The notes: generated by a model not told the origin, from the sequence alone. Positions 35,635 to 49,619 are shown, counted from the stretch's first letter. The stretch: 64,000 nucleotides of DNA from an uncultured Gammaproteobacteria bacterium (GCA_963773065.1 CAVYZN010000008.1:96001-160000), one strand, 5' to 3'. Made by a program: numbers and translations.

Positions 35635-36566
35635 TGCAGACGCTCCGCGATTCTCAGTACCGCACTGCGGGAACGCGGGTTGCACTCGACTTCCTCGGGT
35701 CCCGGCCGGATGGCCCTGCCGACCGGACGCAGGCGCGGCGCGTGTTCCACGCTGGCCAACGGTAAGCCCGGCGCTGGCTGCTCACCCCGGTATTCGTGGC
35801 GAATGAACCGCTTCACGATCCGATCCTCCAGAGAGTGGAAGCTGATGACGGCAAGACGACCCTGTATGGCCAGAACATCCGGCACCTGATCGAGCACCGA
35901 CTGCAGCTCATCGAGTTCGTGGTTGATGAAAATGCGTAGCGCCTGGAAACTGCGCGTCGCGGGATGCTTGTGCTTCTCGCGTACCGGTACCGACGCCGCG
36001 ATGAGTTCGGCGAGCTGGCGGGTGGTACGCAGCGGCGCCTCGTTACGCGCCTGGACGATGGCGCGGGCGATCCGTCGCGCGTAGCGTTCCTCGCCGAAAC
36101 CTAGCAGCACCTCGCTGATGTCCTGTTCGCCTGCCTCCGCCAGCCACTGCGCGGCGCTGATGCCTGTGCCGGGATCCATGCGCATGTCGAGCGGACCGTC
36201 GTCCGAGAAACTGAAGCCGCGAAGCGGATCATCGAGTTGCGGGGAGGAGACCCCCAGATCCAGCAGCATGCCGTTGACCTGTCCTTTCAGCTGTCGTTGC
36301 GTAACCAGATGGTTCAGCATCGTGAACGTACCCTGTTCTATCTCGAAACGCGGATCGCCGCCGAATTGCCTTTCTGCCGACTGCACGGCTTCAGGATCCC
36401 GGTCCATCGCCAACAGCCTTCCCATCGGTCCAAGCTCCCCGAGTATGGCGCCCGCATGCCCGCCACGCCCAAAGGTTCCGTCCACGTAAACACCATCCGG
36501 CCGTATATGCAGCCCTTCAAGTACCTCGGCGAGCAGTACCGGCTGGTGAATGTGAGCCGCTCCCAT
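35631..36566 (-). CDS. rsmH: 16S rRNA m4C1402 methyltransferase
   Basis: HQPVLL, DGTFGRGGH, DLGVSSPQLD, ISFHSLEDRIVK, NPRSRSA. Confidence 0.98.
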   Translation of the reverse strand: MGAAHIHQPVLLAEVLEGLHIRPDGVYVDGTFGRGGHAGAILGELGPMGRLLAMDRDPEAVQSAERQFGGDPRFEIEQGTFTMLNHLVTQRQLKGQVNGMLLDLGVSSPQLDDPLRGFSFSDDGPLDMRMDPGTGISAAQWLAEAGEQDISEVLLGFGEERYARRIARAIVQARNEAPLRTTRQLAELIAASVPVREKHKHPATRSFQALRIFINHELDELQSVLDQVPDVLAIQGRLAVISFHSLEDRIVKRFIRHEYRGEQPAPGLPLASVEHAPRLRPVGRAIRPGPEEVECNPRSRSAVLRIAERLQ

Positions 36567-36569
36567 GAT

Positions 36570-37022
36570 TCAGAGCGTCAGTGATTCCAGGGAATCCGGA
36601 AGCGCACCGCCACCGGCCTCCGCCGAAACCCAATCAACGCAATTGCGTTCCCAGACTTCCTCGTTCCAGATTTCAAACTTGTTGCCCAACCCCGCGAGCA
36701 CCACGCGCTTGTCGATGCCGGCGAACTCACGCAACCGCGGCGGAATGAGGATGCGGCCGCTATTGTCCATCTCGAGCTCGGTGGCATGACCCAGCAGCAT
36801 GCGCTGCAGCGTGCGGGTGCGCTTGTCCTGGTTTGGCAGGAGGACGAGTTTGCGTTCGATCTCGTCCCAGTCGGGAAAGGGGTAGAGCAGCAGGCAGCGA
36901 TCGTCGTGAACGGTTAAAACGACACGCCCCTCACAGCGCTCATCAAGCGCCGTGCGATAACGGGTGGGAAACGCCAGCCTCCCCTTCGCATCGAGATTGA
37001 CTGTGCTGCCACCACGGAACAA
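36570..37022 (-). CDS. mraZ: dcw transcriptional regulator MraZ (TTG start)
   Basis: MFRG...LDAKGRLAFP and MDNSGRILIP (two DxxGR repeats). Confidence 0.97.
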   Translation of the reverse strand: MFRGGSTVNLDAKGRLAFPTRYRTALDERCEGRVVLTVHDDRCLLLYPFPDWDEIERKLVLLPNQDKRTRTLQRMLLGHATELEMDNSGRILIPPRLREFAGIDKRVVLAGLGNKFEIWNEEVWERNCVDWVSAEAGGGALPDSLESLTL

Positions 37023-37049
37023 ATCCGCCCCCTTATCTTCCTAGAATTT

Positions 37050-37074
37050 CCCATTTATTACCACTACTCCCCAC
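37050..37074 (-). promoter_or_regulatory. MraZ operator: three direct repeats at 10-bp spacing
   Basis: Minus strand GTGGG-N5-GTGGT-N5-ATGGG between promoter and mraZ start, matching the known MraZ box arrangement. Confidence 0.8.
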
Positions 37075-37082
37075 CTGGCGAC

Positions 37083-37112
37083 ACTATAGGAACGAAGAGT
37101 CAAAACTGTCAA
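37083..37112 (-). promoter_or_regulatory. Sigma70 promoter of the dcw operon
   Basis: TTGACA (37112-37107), 18-bp spacer, TATAGT (37088-37083), just upstream of the MraZ boxes. Confidence 0.75.
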
Positions 37113-37202
37113 GCAAAAAACAAAAAATTTCTCCTTTTTTAGCAGTGACTTAGGGAGAATCACCGGCTCGATACCAGGTATTTATTTAACATACAAATTA
37201 CA

Positions 37203-37215
37203 AATCAAAAGGTTG
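37203..37215 (+). promoter_or_regulatory. Candidate IHF binding site
   Basis: AATCAAAAGGTTG matches WATCAANNNNTTR and follows an A/T tract. Confidence 0.4.
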
Positions 37216-37492
37216 CCATAATTATCTTGAGTAAACTAACAGCATCGGGAGGATTCATGCCTTTTCCGCACCAAATACGGGCATTGATTGTAACTGATAA
37301 AGGCACTTGAATGTAATGAGAAACGCAATATCTTGCGTTTATTACACATCAAAACCCATATAGAAGGGATATTCGACTCGAATTGTTACAAGGTGCGGGA
37401 GAAAAAAAACACCAGAATGATTCGCTGATAAAGTTCAGATATCGCTCCCGCGCATCCCTGCGCTCCGCGATGTACCTACGTCCCCTGTAGGC

Positions 37493-37520
37493 AAAAAAAG
37501 GGCCTGCAGTGCAGGCCCTT
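37493..37520 (-). terminator. Intrinsic terminator after ssb
   Basis: Stem aagggcctgc...gcaggccctt followed by a T-run on the minus strand. Confidence 0.85.
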
Positions 37521-37546
37521 GTCAATCAGCAGAGGCGCGGTATGCC

Positions 37547-37987
37547 TCAAAACGGGATGTCATCGTCAAAATCCGGCTCGGCGGCGCCGTGCGCTACCTG
37601 CTCCACCGGCTGGGGCGCCGCATCCCCGGCGGCGTATCCGGTGCTGCCGCCGCGACTACCCAGCATCTGCATGTCATTGGCAATGATCTCGGTGGTATAA
37701 CGGTCATTGCCGTTCTTGTCCTGCCACTTACGGGTGCGCAGGCTGCCCTCCACGTATACCTGGGAGCCCTTCTTCAGATACTCGCCCGCGATCTCGGCCA
37801 ACCGGCTGTAAAACACCACGGTGTGCCACTCGGTGCGCTCCTGCTTCTCACCGCTCTGCTTGTCTTTCCAGGATTCCGTCGTTGCCAGCGTCACATTAGC
37901 AACGGCGTTGCCGCTGGGCATGTAGCGGACTTCCGGATCCTTGCCCAGATTACCCACCAGAATTACCTTGTTGACTCCTCGCGCCAT
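37547..37987 (-). CDS. ssb: Single-stranded DNA-binding protein
   Basis: [27 protein letters not shown]-terminal DFDDDIPF. Confidence 0.98.
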   Translation of the reverse strand: MARGVNKVILVGNLGKDPEVRYMPSGNAVANVTLATTESWKDKQSGEKQERTEWHTVVFYSRLAEIAGEYLKKGSQVYVEGSLRTRKWQDKNGNDRYTTEIIANDMQMLGSRGGSTGYAAGDAAPQPVEQVAHGAAEPDFDDDIPF

Positions 37988-38102
37988 GATGGCCTCCTGA
38001 TTGTGGTATTGATTCCCTTTCCCTGTGACCCACCCCATTCCAGACAGGCGGCTTCCGGGCCCGTATTCTATGCGATGGCTGGCGGCCGATCCATGGCCAG
38101 CC

Positions 38103-39467
38103 TCACGGCAATGCCGCCTCATCGAATACCTGCCTGTCCACCCGCAGATAGGCGACCCCTTCATCCGGGATGATCACCGCCTCGGCCACTCCCGCCACGG
38201 CGGTCAATTCACGCTGTAGCCGTTCGGCATCCGCCGGATCCTTCACCACCACCTTGTGTATGTAACTCGCCAACTGGCGCGGCGGGGTCATGGAGGCCGC
38301 CACCAGCAGCCACAGCAACGCACCCAGCGCGGTTAAGACAAAAACACCGTGTACGCCGTAGCGGCCATGTACCAGTCCGCCCAGCGAACCGCCCAAAAAC
38401 GCGCCGAGGAACTGGGAACTGGAGTAAATACCCATCGCCGTACCCCGGCAATCCAGCGGCGCCACCCGGGATATCAACGATGGCAACATGGCTTCCAGCA
38501 GGTTAAACGCGGTAAAAAACAGGAACAGGAGGATAACGATATCCGCCAGCGTCACCGGCAGCTGAAAGAGGCCCAGCTCAGCCAGGCACAGGAGCGCAAT
38601 CGCGGCCAGCATGATCGGCTTCACTTGCCCCTTGCGTTCCGCCTGGATGATGAACGGAATCATGGCCAGCACCGAGCAGACCATCACCGGCAGATAGACT
38701 TCCCAGTGCCGCGCGGCCTCGAAGTTGACCTCATCGCGCAGCACCAGGGGCACGACCACAAACGTGGCGGTGAGGATCATGTGCAGTACCAGGATGCCGA
38801 AATCGAGGCGCAGCAGGTCGCCATTACGCAGTACCCGTCCGAACTCGGATGGCACGGCCTCCGCCTCGTGATGCATGCGGGTCACGGCGGGCGTGGGAAC
38901 CACAAATCTGACGACCCCGATCCCGCCCAATGCGAGTACAGCCGTGATCCAGAAAATGCCCGGCACGCCGACCCATTTGTTCAGGATCGGCCCTACGACC
39001 ATTGCAATGGCGAATGACAGGCCGATGCTCATGCCGATAAAAGCCATGGCCTTGATGCGGTGTTCTTCACGGGTGAGATCCGCCGTGAGGGCCATGATGG
39101 CGCCCGCGATGGCGCCGGAACCCTGCAGCGCGCGGCCCAGGATAACCATGTGTATGGTGTGCGCCTCGGCGGCGACGACACTGCCCAAGGCAAACAGCAA
39201 CAGCCCGCCGATCATGACGGGCTTGCGACCGATACGATCCGACAGCAGGCCGGCGGGAATCTGCAGCACCGCCTGGGTGATGCCATAGGCGCCGATGGCG
39301 AGCCCGGTCAGCGCCGGTGTGGTCCCCTGGAGGTGCTCGGCGGCATAAAGAGCGAAGACGGGCAGAATCATGAACATGCCCAGCATGCGCAGGGCATAGA
39401 TGCTGGAGAGCGATAATGCCGCCCGCAGTTCGAAACGGCTCATCCCGAGCCTGGATGCTGCTGCCAT
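38103..39467 (-). CDS. MFS transporter (YajR-like)
   Basis: C-terminal part of ORF 38103..40451, start MAAASRLG at 39467; [12 protein letters not shown], motif [11 protein letters not shown]; usual ssb-MFS-uvrA order. Confidence 0.92.
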   Translation of the reverse strand: MAAASRLGMSRFELRAALSLSSIYALRMLGMFMILPVFALYAAEHLQGTTPALTGLAIGAYGITQAVLQIPAGLLSDRIGRKPVMIGGLLLFALGSVVAAEAHTIHMVILGRALQGSGAIAGAIMALTADLTREEHRIKAMAFIGMSIGLSFAIAMVVGPILNKWVGVPGIFWITAVLALGGIGVVRFVVPTPAVTRMHHEAEAVPSEFGRVLRNGDLLRLDFGILVLHMILTATFVVVPLVLRDEVNFEAARHWEVYLPVMVCSVLAMIPFIIQAERKGQVKPIMLAAIALLCLAELGLFQLPVTLADIVILLFLFFTAFNLLEAMLPSLISRVAPLDCRGTAMGIYSSSQFLGAFLGGSLGGLVHGRYGVHGVFVLTALGALLWLLVAASMTPPRQLASYIHKVVVKDPADAERLQRELTAVAGVAEAVIIPDEGVAYLRVDRQVFDEAALP

Positions 39468-39560
39468 ATTCACCGTAGGTAAAACCTCTTTGCCTGTCAC
39501 TTGCGAAGCACCGTATATTAGCAGGTTGGCGCTTCGGGCGTCAGGTACGCCGGGAAGAAG

Positions 39561-42422
<2,862 letters not shown>

Positions 42423-42459
42423 GCGACCCGCCGGTTGCGGGCGGCATTATCTGTCTCAG

Positions 42460-42517
42460 ACCGCCAAGAACCAAGAATCTTATTTACTCAAACGCCTTTC
42501 CTGGCGTTCTTCGCGGT
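42460..42517. repeat. Short imperfect inverted-repeat element between convergent uvrA and DUF62 genes
   Basis: accgccaagaaccaaga ... cctggcgttcttcgcggt around an AT-rich loop. Confidence 0.5.
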
Positions 42518-42534
42518 TCACAATATCAGGGTGT

Positions 42535-43257
42535 TCAGGCCAGCTCGAACGGCGTACCCACTGCAATGCCGAGCAGTTGATCCGCCCGCCCCCGGTTGAC
42601 GGCGATCTCCACCAGACCGCTGGAATTCTCGTACCAGAATGCCGTGCCGGCGCCGGCGCTCGCGAAGGTCACGGCGTGCGGCAAAGCGTGACCGTTAACC
42701 ATCAGCGTCGCGGCATCGCCGGCCGCGGCGGCGCGCACGCCCGTGATCGCGTTGCCATAGCGGTCGACATAGACCACGCGATACAGCTCATCCGGCCACT
42801 CCGGCCGGGCGCGCGTCGGCGTTGCCACCGGCCCGGCACCGAAACCGCCGTCGCGCGCCAGACGCGCCGCCAGCGGCGCGAAGACATCCCGGCCGTGGAA
42901 ACTGCGGGAGGCATTCCTCGGATGCGGCAATTCCCAGCATTCCACGTGACGCGCCCGCCGCGTCAGGATCGCGAACAAACCCTCGTCCGGCCCGACATAC
43001 CAGCGGCCATCGGCCCTGACCACCCCGCCCGGCCGCGCGCCGCCCACCCCCGGATCGACCACACACAGGAACACGCTGCCCGGCGGGAAACCGCTCGTGT
43101 AGGCGGGCAGCAGATAGGCCGCCGCCTGGATGTCGAATGGCGGCAGATCGGAGAACAGGTTGACCACCGGCACGCCCGGCGCCTGCTGGTACAGCAGGGC
43201 CTGCACCTGTCCGGTGTAGGGTCCTTCCAGACCGAAGTCAGTGAAAAGAATGATCAT
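42535..43257 (-). CDS. DUF62 family SAM hydroxide adenosyltransferase (fluorinase/chlorinase superfamily)
   Basis: MIILFTDFG, VVDPGVGGAR, SFHGRDVFAP, YVDRYGNAIT, YENSSGLVEIAVNRG. Confidence 0.92.
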   Translation of the reverse strand: MIILFTDFGLEGPYTGQVQALLYQQAPGVPVVNLFSDLPPFDIQAAAYLLPAYTSGFPPGSVFLCVVDPGVGGARPGGVVRADGRWYVGPDEGLFAILTRRARHVECWELPHPRNASRSFHGRDVFAPLAARLARDGGFGAGPVATPTRARPEWPDELYRVVYVDRYGNAITGVRAAAAGDAATLMVNGHALPHAVTFASAGAGTAFWYENSSGLVEIAVNRGRADQLLGIAVGTPFELA

Positions 43258-43327
43258 GCACGCGGGAAACCCGCAAGCTGGCACCACGCCAGCGAAGCAT
43301 TGTAGCAGCGCTGCGGCAGCCACACGC

Positions 43328-43754
43328 TCACAGCGGCGCGCCAAGGTGCTGAGGTAGGACAGGACTCCGCGTACACGTCCTTGCGGCAACCTGTCCGTCG
43401 CGCATCGGTATGATGTCCATGCCATCCCAGAGGATTGTCCGGCCCGTCGGCTCAAGCGTCGTGTCGTTGTACGTCACGGGATGGCGGTGCGTCGCCCTCG
43501 CCGTCCATTCCTGGACGACCAGGTCGTCGCGCACGTACAGGCGGCGCAGCGTGAAATGGATGTCGGGGAAGGATGTCGAACACGCCGGCGACGATCCGCC
43601 GGATGGCCGCGCGCCCCACGGCCTCGCCGCCGCTGGTGTGGTTGCGGAAGACCGAATCCTCGGTGTGCATGGCCACGATCGCGTCCACGTCGTGGCGGTT
43701 CCAGGCGTCGTTGTACGCCTCGATGACGGCGTGCAGGGGGTGCGTGACATTCAT
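43328..43754 (-). CDS. SnoaL-like/NTF2-fold protein, broken by several indels (sequence errors or decay)
   Basis: IEAYNDAWNRHDVDAIVAMHTEDSVF...GRAAIR in one frame, FPDIHF...VVQEWTARATH...PTGRTILWDGMDII in the next; RKDVY recoverable in a third. Confidence 0.75.
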
Positions 43755-43845
43755 TCGGTCAGGGGGGCAGCGCAAAATTCTCGTTAATATTACCGCGAAG
43801 TGTGCTCTCACCCCGCCTGCCCGGCAATCGCTTTCGATCGAAAAC

Positions 43846-43868
43846 AAAAACCGGGTGCTGCCCGGTTT
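43846..43868 (-). terminator. Intrinsic terminator after rplQ
   Basis: aaaccgggcagcacccggttttt on the minus strand. Confidence 0.75.
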
Positions 43869-43908
43869 ATCGTTTTCGTTCCTGGTCAGGCGGGTCTGCC
43901 GCCGCGCC

Positions 43909-44295
43909 TCAGTCCAACCCGGCGCCCGCTTCCGGCTCGGGCCGGTCGACCAGTTCGACGTAGGCCATGGGTGCGTTGTCGCCGGGGCGGTAACCGGACT
44001 TCAGGATGCGCAGGTAGCCGCCGGGGCGGTCTTTGTAGCGCGGACCCAGTTCGTTGAACAGCTTGGTCACGGTGTCACGGTCGCGCAGGCGGCTGAAGGC
44101 GATACGGCGCAGGTGTACGGAGTCGTTCTTCGCCAGGGTGATCAGCGGTTCGGCGACGCGCCGCAGTTCCTTGGCCTTGGGCAGCGTGGTCTTGATGATT
44201 TCATGCCGCAGGAGCGACACCGCCATGTTCTGGAGCATGGCGCTGCGGTGACTGCTGTTGCGGCTCAATTGCCGTCCGGAGTTGCGATGGCGCAT
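43909..44295 (-). CDS. rplQ: 50S ribosomal protein L17
   Basis: [35 protein letters not shown]. Confidence 0.99.
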   Translation of the reverse strand: MRHRNSGRQLSRNSSHRSAMLQNMAVSLLRHEIIKTTLPKAKELRRVAEPLITLAKNDSVHLRRIAFSRLRDRDTVTKLFNELGPRYKDRPGGYLRILKSGYRPGDNAPMAYVELVDRPEPEAGAGLD

Positions 44296-44319
44296 GGTTC
44301 TGGCTACCTGTCGAGTGGG

Positions 44320-45321
44320 TTAGGCGTTGGCCGCGTTCTTTTCCTTCAATCCGGATGGCGGCCAGTTTTCGAGGCGCATACCCAGTGAAAGACCCTTGGT
44401 GGCAAGCACGTCCTTGATCTCCGTCAGCGACTTCTTGCCCAGATTCGGTGTTTTGAGCAGTTCCACCTCGGTGCGTTGTATCAGGTCGCCGATGTAGAAG
44501 ATGCTCTCCGCCTTCAGGCAGTTGGCGGAACGGACCGTCAGTTCCAGGTCGTCGACCGGGCGCAGCAGGATCGGGTCGATATCGTTTTCCGCCGTGCGCG
44601 GCTTCTCTTCCGAGCGGGCCTGCAGATCGACGAACGCGGAAAGCTGGTCCTGGAGTATGGTCGCCGCGTGGCGGATCGCCTCTTCGGGATTGACGGTGCC
44701 GTTGGTCTCGATATCGATGATCAGCTTGTCGAGGTCGGTGCGCTGTTCGACACGGGCGCGGTCAACCGTATAGGAAACGCGGTTGACCGGGCTGTAGGAG
44801 GCATCGAGCTGCAGGCGGCCGATGATGACGCTTTCGGTCTCTTCATTGTAGCGCACCGTCGCCGGCTGGTAGCCGCGCCCCTTGGCGATCTTGAGACGCA
44901 TGGACAGCTCGCCCTCCTTGGTCAGGTTGGCGATGAGGTGGTTTGGGTTGATGATCTCGATATCGTGGTCCACGCTGATGTCGCCCGCCACGACCGGACC
45001 CGGGCCCTTCTTGTTCAGGGTCACGGTGGCCTCGTTGCGGTTGTGCATGCGCAGGGCGACCTTCTTCAGGTTGAGCAGGATATCGATGACGTCTTCCTGC
45101 ACGCCTTCGATGGTCGAGTATTCATGCAGCACGCCTTCGATCTCGGCCTCGGTGATCGCGGCCCCGGGCATCGACGAGAGCAGGATGCGGCGCAACGCAT
45201 TGCCCAGGGTATGACCGAAGCCGCGCTCCAGCGGCTCCAGGGTAACCCGGGCGTGTTTGTCGCTGACGACCTGAACGTCCACGATGCGCGGCTTCAGGAA
45301 TTCGTTGACTTTTCCAAGCAT
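44320..45321 (-). CDS. rpoA: RNA polymerase alpha subunit
   Basis: [35 protein letters not shown]. Confidence 0.99.
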   Translation of the reverse strand: MLGKVNEFLKPRIVDVQVVSDKHARVTLEPLERGFGHTLGNALRRILLSSMPGAAITEAEIEGVLHEYSTIEGVQEDVIDILLNLKKVALRMHNRNEATVTLNKKGPGPVVAGDISVDHDIEIINPNHLIANLTKEGELSMRLKIAKGRGYQPATVRYNEETESVIIGRLQLDASYSPVNRVSYTVDRARVEQRTDLDKLIIDIETNGTVNPEEAIRHAATILQDQLSAFVDLQARSEEKPRTAENDIDPILLRPVDDLELTVRSANCLKAESIFYIGDLIQRTEVELLKTPNLGKKSLTEIKDVLATKGLSLGMRLENWPPSGLKEKNAANA

Positions 45322-45339
45322 GGATGACCTCTCAGTGGC

Positions 45340-45966
45340 TTACTTCGAGTACAGTTCGACAACGAGGTGTTCGTTGATATCGGCCGGCAGTTCGGCGCGT
45401 TCCGGGCGTGATTTGTATACACCCTGCATCTTCTTCACATCGACATCGATCCAGTCGGAAATGCCGCGCTGCTGCGCCAATTCGACGGCCGCCTGTATGC
45501 GCAACTGGGCGCGCGACTTCTCGTTGATGCTGACGACGTCGTTCGGCTGCACCTGATAGGACGGAATGTTCACCCGATTGCCGTTCACGCTGACGGAGTT
45601 GTGGCGGACCAGTTGGCGCGCCTCGCTGCGTGATGAGGAGAATCCCATGCGGTAGACCACGTTATCGAGACGCCCTTCGAGCAGTTGCAGCAGGGCCTCG
45701 CCGGTCGCGCCCTTGATGCGCGAGGCTTCCTTGTAGTAGGTGCGGAACTGGCGCTCGAGGATCCCGTAGATGCGGCGCAGCTTCTGCTTCTCGCGCAACT
45801 GGTTGGCATAGTCGGACAGACGCTGGCGGCGCTGGCCGTGCTGACCGGGCGGGAACGGGCGGTTTTCCACCGCGCACTTGGCGGTGAAGCACTTCTCGCC
45901 CTTGAGAAACAGCTTGCCGCCTTCCCGGCGACACTGGCGACATTTGGATTCCGTGTACTTTGCCAT
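45340..45966 (-). CDS. rpsD: 30S ribosomal protein S4
   Basis: [31 protein letters not shown]. Confidence 0.99.
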   Translation of the reverse strand: MAKYTESKCRQCRREGGKLFLKGEKCFTAKCAVENRPFPPGQHGQRRQRLSDYANQLREKQKLRRIYGILERQFRTYYKEASRIKGATGEALLQLLEGRLDNVVYRMGFSSSRSEARQLVRHNSVSVNGNRVNIPSYQVQPNDVVSINEKSRAQLRIQAAVELAQQRGISDWIDVDVKKMQGVYKSRPERAELPADINEHLVVELYSK

Positions 45967-45980
45967 GTTCGATTCCTGCG

Positions 45981-46373
45981 CTAGACGCGGCGCTTCTTCG
46001 GCGGACGACAGCCATTATGGGGTATCGGCGTCACGTCGGTGATATTCGTGATCTGGAAACCGATATTGTTGAGCGCGCGCACGGCGGACTCGCGGCCGGG
46101 GCCGGGGCCCTTGACCTCGACCTCGAGGTTCTTCATGCCGTATTCCTTGACCATCTCGCCGGCGCGCTCGGCGGCAACCTGCGCGGCAAACGGCGTGCTC
46201 TTGCGCGAACCACGGAATCCCGCCCCGCCCGAGGTCGTCCAGGCCAGCGTATTGCCCTGGCGATCGGTGATGGTGATGATCGTGTTGTTGAAGGAAGCGT
46301 GAATGTGGGCGATTCCGTCGGAAACGTCCTTCTTCACCTTCTTGCGTGTACGTGGTGTTGCCGCCTTAGCCAT
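45981..46373 (-). CDS. rpsK: 30S ribosomal protein S11
   Basis: [35 protein letters not shown]. Confidence 0.99.
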   Translation of the reverse strand: MAKAATPRTRKKVKKDVSDGIAHIHASFNNTIITITDRQGNTLAWTTSGGAGFRGSRKSTPFAAQVAAERAGEMVKEYGMKNLEVEVKGPGPGRESAVRALNNIGFQITNITDVTPIPHNGCRPPKKRRV

Positions 46374-46417
46374 GCTTCAGTTACCTGGTTGATGCTGGTG
46401 TCGGAATGGGGTCGTGT

Positions 46418-46774
46418 CTATTTGCGGATCGCGCGCCGCGGTCCCTTGCGGGTGCGGGCGTTGGTGCGGGTGCGCTGCCCGCGCAGCGGCAGTCCGCGGC
46501 GATGCCGGATGCCGCGATACGTGCCGAGATCCATGAGTCGCTTGATATTCATGGAGACGGTGCGGCGCAGATCGCCCTCGATGGTGTACTTGGTAATCTC
46601 GTTGCGCACCAGTTCGATCTCGGACTCGGTGAGATCCTTTATCTTGGTGCTCGGCTGAATACCGCTCGCCGCGCAAATCTTGCGCGCCGAACTCCGGCCG
46701 ATGCCGTAGATCGCCGTCAGGGCGACCTCGGCATGCTTGTGCGGTGGAATGTTGATTCCGGCTATACGGGCCAT
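46418..46774 (-). CDS. rpsM: 30S ribosomal protein S13
   Basis: [24 protein letters not shown]. Confidence 0.99.
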   Translation of the reverse strand: MARIAGINIPPHKHAEVALTAIYGIGRSSARKICAASGIQPSTKIKDLTESEIELVRNEITKYTIEGDLRRTVSMNIKRLMDLGTYRGIRHRRGLPLRGQRTRTNARTRKGPRRAIRK

Positions 46775-46825
46775 TTACATCGTCTCCAGAGCGCCGCCCG
46801 GCCTGGGCGTCGCGAAAAGGGCGTA

Positions 46826-46854
46826 AGAATAGCTTCTGGTCAAAATAAAATCAA
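46826..46854 (-). promoter_or_regulatory. Candidate alpha-operon promoter upstream of rpsM
   Basis: TTGATT, 17-bp spacer, TATTCT on the minus strand. Confidence 0.55.
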
Positions 46855-46958
46855 TGACGCACAGCGGCTTGACGGGTGGCGCGCAACCCCGGCACCCGCC
46901 CGGGCCCCAAGGCGGGATATCCTGAAATCCCAACGTGTCGCATAGTGCCGCGCGCCGC

Positions 46959-47072
46959 TCAGCCCTGGCGCTGTTTGTGGCGGCCATCCGTACAGATGAC
47001 CCGCACCACACCCTTGCGTCGTATGACCTTGCAGTTACGGCAGATACGCTTGACCGATGCACGTACTTTCAT
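46959..47072 (-). CDS. rpmJ: 50S ribosomal protein L36
   Basis: Read by hand: [37 protein letters not shown]. Confidence 0.98.
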   Translation of the reverse strand: MKVRASVKRICRNCKVIRRKGVVRVICTDGRHKQRQG

Positions 47073-47115
47073 GTCAATTCACCTTCTTAAAAAATCGCCA
47101 GACGGGCCGGCGCCT

Positions 47116-48471
47116 TCAGCGCAGCAGGCCCGCACCGCCCTGGCCTTTCAGATTGGCCTTTTTCATCAGGCCGCTGTACTGGTGCGACACTAGATGCGCC
47201 TGGATCTGGGCCATGAAATCCATGACCACGACGACGATGATCAGCAGCGAGGTCCCGCCGAAGTAAAACGGCACGTTCCAGTACAGAATCAGGAACTCGG
47301 GCATCAGACAGACCAGCGTGATGTAGACGGCGCCGCCGGTCGTCAGCCGGGTCATGACGCCATCGATGTACTTGGCGGTCTGTTCACCCGGGCGGATACC
47401 CGGGATGAAGGCGCCGGACTTTTTCAGGTTATCCGCGGTCTCCCGGGCATTGAACACCAGCGCCGTGTAGAAAAAGCAGAAAAACACGATCGCCAGGGAA
47501 TAGAAAATCACGTACAGCGGCTGCCCCGGCGACAGGGTCGTCGAGATATCCTTCAGCCAGCCCATGCCCTCGCCGCTGCCCAGCCAACTGGCCATGGTGG
47601 CAGGGAAAAGGATGATGCTGGAGGCGAAAATCGGCGGTATCACGCCCGACATGTTCAGCTTCAGGGGAAGATGCGTGCTCTGCGCGGCATAGACCTTGCG
47701 GCCCTGCTGGCGCTTGGCGTAGTTCACCGTGATGCGCCGCTGGCCGCGCTCGACGAACACCACGAATCCGGTCACGGCGATCGCCACCGCGAACAGCAGC
47801 AGGATCGTCATGACGTTCATCTCGCCGGTGCGCGCCAGTTCCAGCGTGGCGCCGATGGCATGCGGCAGGCCGGCCACGATGCCGGAGAAGATGATGATCG
47901 AGATGCCGTTGCCCACCCCGCGTTCGGTGACCTGCTCGCCCAGCCACATCAGGAAGACCGTGCCCGTCACCAGCGTGACGACCGCGGTGAGGACGAAAGC
48001 GGGGCCCGGGTTCAACACCAGGGCGCTGCCGCCGATATTCTGGGCCTGCAGTGCCGAGGAGATGCCGAAGGCCTGCATGGTGGCCAGCGCCACCGTACCG
48101 TAGCGCGTGTACTCGGTAATCTTGCGCCGTCCCGCCTCCCCGCCTTCCTTCTTCAACTGTTCCAGTGACGGCACCGTCACGGTCAGCAGGTTCATGATGA
48201 TGGAGGCCGAGATATAGGGCATGATCCCGAGCGCGAAGATGGACAGGCGCTTCAGCGAACCGCCCGAGAACATGTTGAACATCTCGAGGATGGTGCCGCG
48301 CTGCTGCTCCACCAGCGCCGCCAGCACGTGCGGATCGATCCCCGGCAACGGGATGAAGGACCCGATGCGAAAGACGACAAGCGCGCCAATGACGAAAAAG
48401 AGCCGCTGGCGCAGCTCTTTCATCTGCCCGATATTCGAGGCAGTATCCGCTATGGAGGTGCCCAGCGCCAT
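47116..48471 (-). CDS. secY: Preprotein translocase subunit SecY
   Basis: [39 protein letters not shown]. Confidence 0.99.
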   Translation of the reverse strand: MALGTSIADTASNIGQMKELRQRLFFVIGALVVFRIGSFIPLPGIDPHVLAALVEQQRGTILEMFNMFSGGSLKRLSIFALGIMPYISASIIMNLLTVTVPSLEQLKKEGGEAGRRKITEYTRYGTVALATMQAFGISSALQAQNIGGSALVLNPGPAFVLTAVVTLVTGTVFLMWLGEQVTERGVGNGISIIIFSGIVAGLPHAIGATLELARTGEMNVMTILLLFAVAIAVTGFVVFVERGQRRITVNYAKRQQGRKVYAAQSTHLPLKLNMSGVIPPIFASSIILFPATMASWLGSGEGMGWLKDISTTLSPGQPLYVIFYSLAIVFFCFFYTALVFNARETADNLKKSGAFIPGIRPGEQTAKYIDGVMTRLTTGGAVYITLVCLMPEFLILYWNVPFYFGGTSLLIIVVVVMDFMAQIQAHLVSHQYSGLMKKANLKGQGGAGLLR

Positions 48472-48906
48472 TTAATCCTCTATGCTGCCCCCGGCAGCCT
48501 CGATGGCGGCGCGCGCACCCCGGGTCACCTGTATCCCCTTGAGTTTCACGGCCTTGTCGATGGCGCCCGATGCGATCACCTTGACCCGCGTGATCTGGCG
48601 CGACACGATGTTCGCCCGCTTGAGCGCCTCGATATCGATGACGGCCTCTTCCAGCCCGGCCAGTTCATGCAGGCGGACTTCATCCCTGGTGCGCGCGGTT
48701 TGGGAAATAAACCCGACCTTGGGCAGGCGGCGCTGCAGGGGCATCTGACCGCCTTCGAAGCCGACCTTGTGAAAGCCGCCGGCGCGCTCTTTCTGGCCCT
48801 TGTGCCCCCGGCCGGCCGTCTTGCCCAGGCCGCAACCGATGCCGCGACCGACGCGCTTGCGCTCCGTCTTGCTGCCCGCCGCCGGCTTCAATGTGTTCAG
48901 ACGCAT
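48472..48906 (-). CDS. rplO: 50S ribosomal protein L15
   Basis: [22 protein letters not shown]. Confidence 0.99.
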   Translation of the reverse strand: MRLNTLKPAAGSKTERKRVGRGIGCGLGKTAGRGHKGQKERAGGFHKVGFEGGQMPLQRRLPKVGFISQTARTRDEVRLHELAGLEEAVIDIEALKRANIVSRQITRVKVIASGAIDKAVKLKGIQVTRGARAAIEAAGGSIED

Positions 48907-48909
48907 GGT

Positions 48910-49095
48910 TCAGTCCTCGACTCTTAGCATGTAGGCGATCTTGCTGATCATGCCGCGAACCTGCGGCGTGTCATCCAGCTCGACGCTGTGGCGCATCCGG
49001 CGCAGGCCCAGGCCGCGCACGGTATCCTTGTGGCTCTGCAGGCGACCATAGACGCTCTTCACCAGCGTGACCCTGATTTTCCTGTTTCCGGCCAT
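48910..49095 (-). CDS. rpmD: 50S ribosomal protein L30
   Basis: [23 protein letters not shown]. Confidence 0.97.
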   Translation of the reverse strand: MAGNRKIRVTLVKSVYGRLQSHKDTVRGLGLRRMRHSVELDDTPQVRGMISKIAYMLRVED

Positions 49096-49098
49096 GGC

Positions 49099-49605
49099 CT
49101 ACCCCAGGATCTCTTTGACGGATTTGCCCCGCTTGGCGGCGATATCCTCGGGGGAGCGCATGCTCGCGAGACCCTTCATGGTCGCGCGCAGCACATTGAT
49201 CGGGTTGCTTGAGCCGATGCACTTCGCGAGCACGTCGTGTATGCCCACCACCTCGAAGACGGCGCGCATGGCGCCCCCGGCGATGATCCCGGTGCCTTCG
49301 GAGGCCGGCTGCATGTAAATCTTGGCGGCCCCGTGGCGGGCGTTGATCGCGTACTGCAGGGTCGCGCCCTTGATGTTGATGGTCTGCATGTTCTTGCGCG
49401 CCGCGTCCATCGCCTTTTGTATGGCAACCGGGACCTCGCGCGCCTTGCCGTAGCCGTAGCCGATACGCCCGTCACCGTCACCCACCACGGTAAGCGCGGT
49501 AAAACCGAACTGGCGGCCGCCTTTCACCACCTTGGCGACACGATTGACCGCGACCAGCTTCTCCAGCAGTCCGTCACTCTGTGGCTGTGCATCTACTCTT
49601 GCCAT
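49099..49605 (-). CDS. rpsE: 30S ribosomal protein S5
   Basis: [23 protein letters not shown]. Confidence 0.99.
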   Translation of the reverse strand: MARVDAQPQSDGLLEKLVAVNRVAKVVKGGRQFGFTALTVVGDGDGRIGYGYGKAREVPVAIQKAMDAARKNMQTINIKGATLQYAINARHGAAKIYMQPASEGTGIIAGGAMRAVFEVVGIHDVLAKCIGSSNPINVLRATMKGLASMRSPEDIAAKRGKSVKEILG

Positions 49606-49619
49606 AGTAAAATCCCCTG

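Noticed and set aside
37113-37492. Replication origin or rnpB in the AT-rich region upstream of mraZ
   Set aside because: No DnaA-box cluster seen and no RNase P RNA conserved motifs recognised.
39468-39560. LexA (SOS) box upstream of uvrA
   Set aside because: The closest sequence (ccgtatattagcag) does not fit CTG-N10-CAG.
42535-43257. Fluorinase or chlorinase
   Set aside because: It keeps the Asp-Arg-His residues typical of DUF62 hydroxide adenosyltransferases and has no halometabolite cluster around it.
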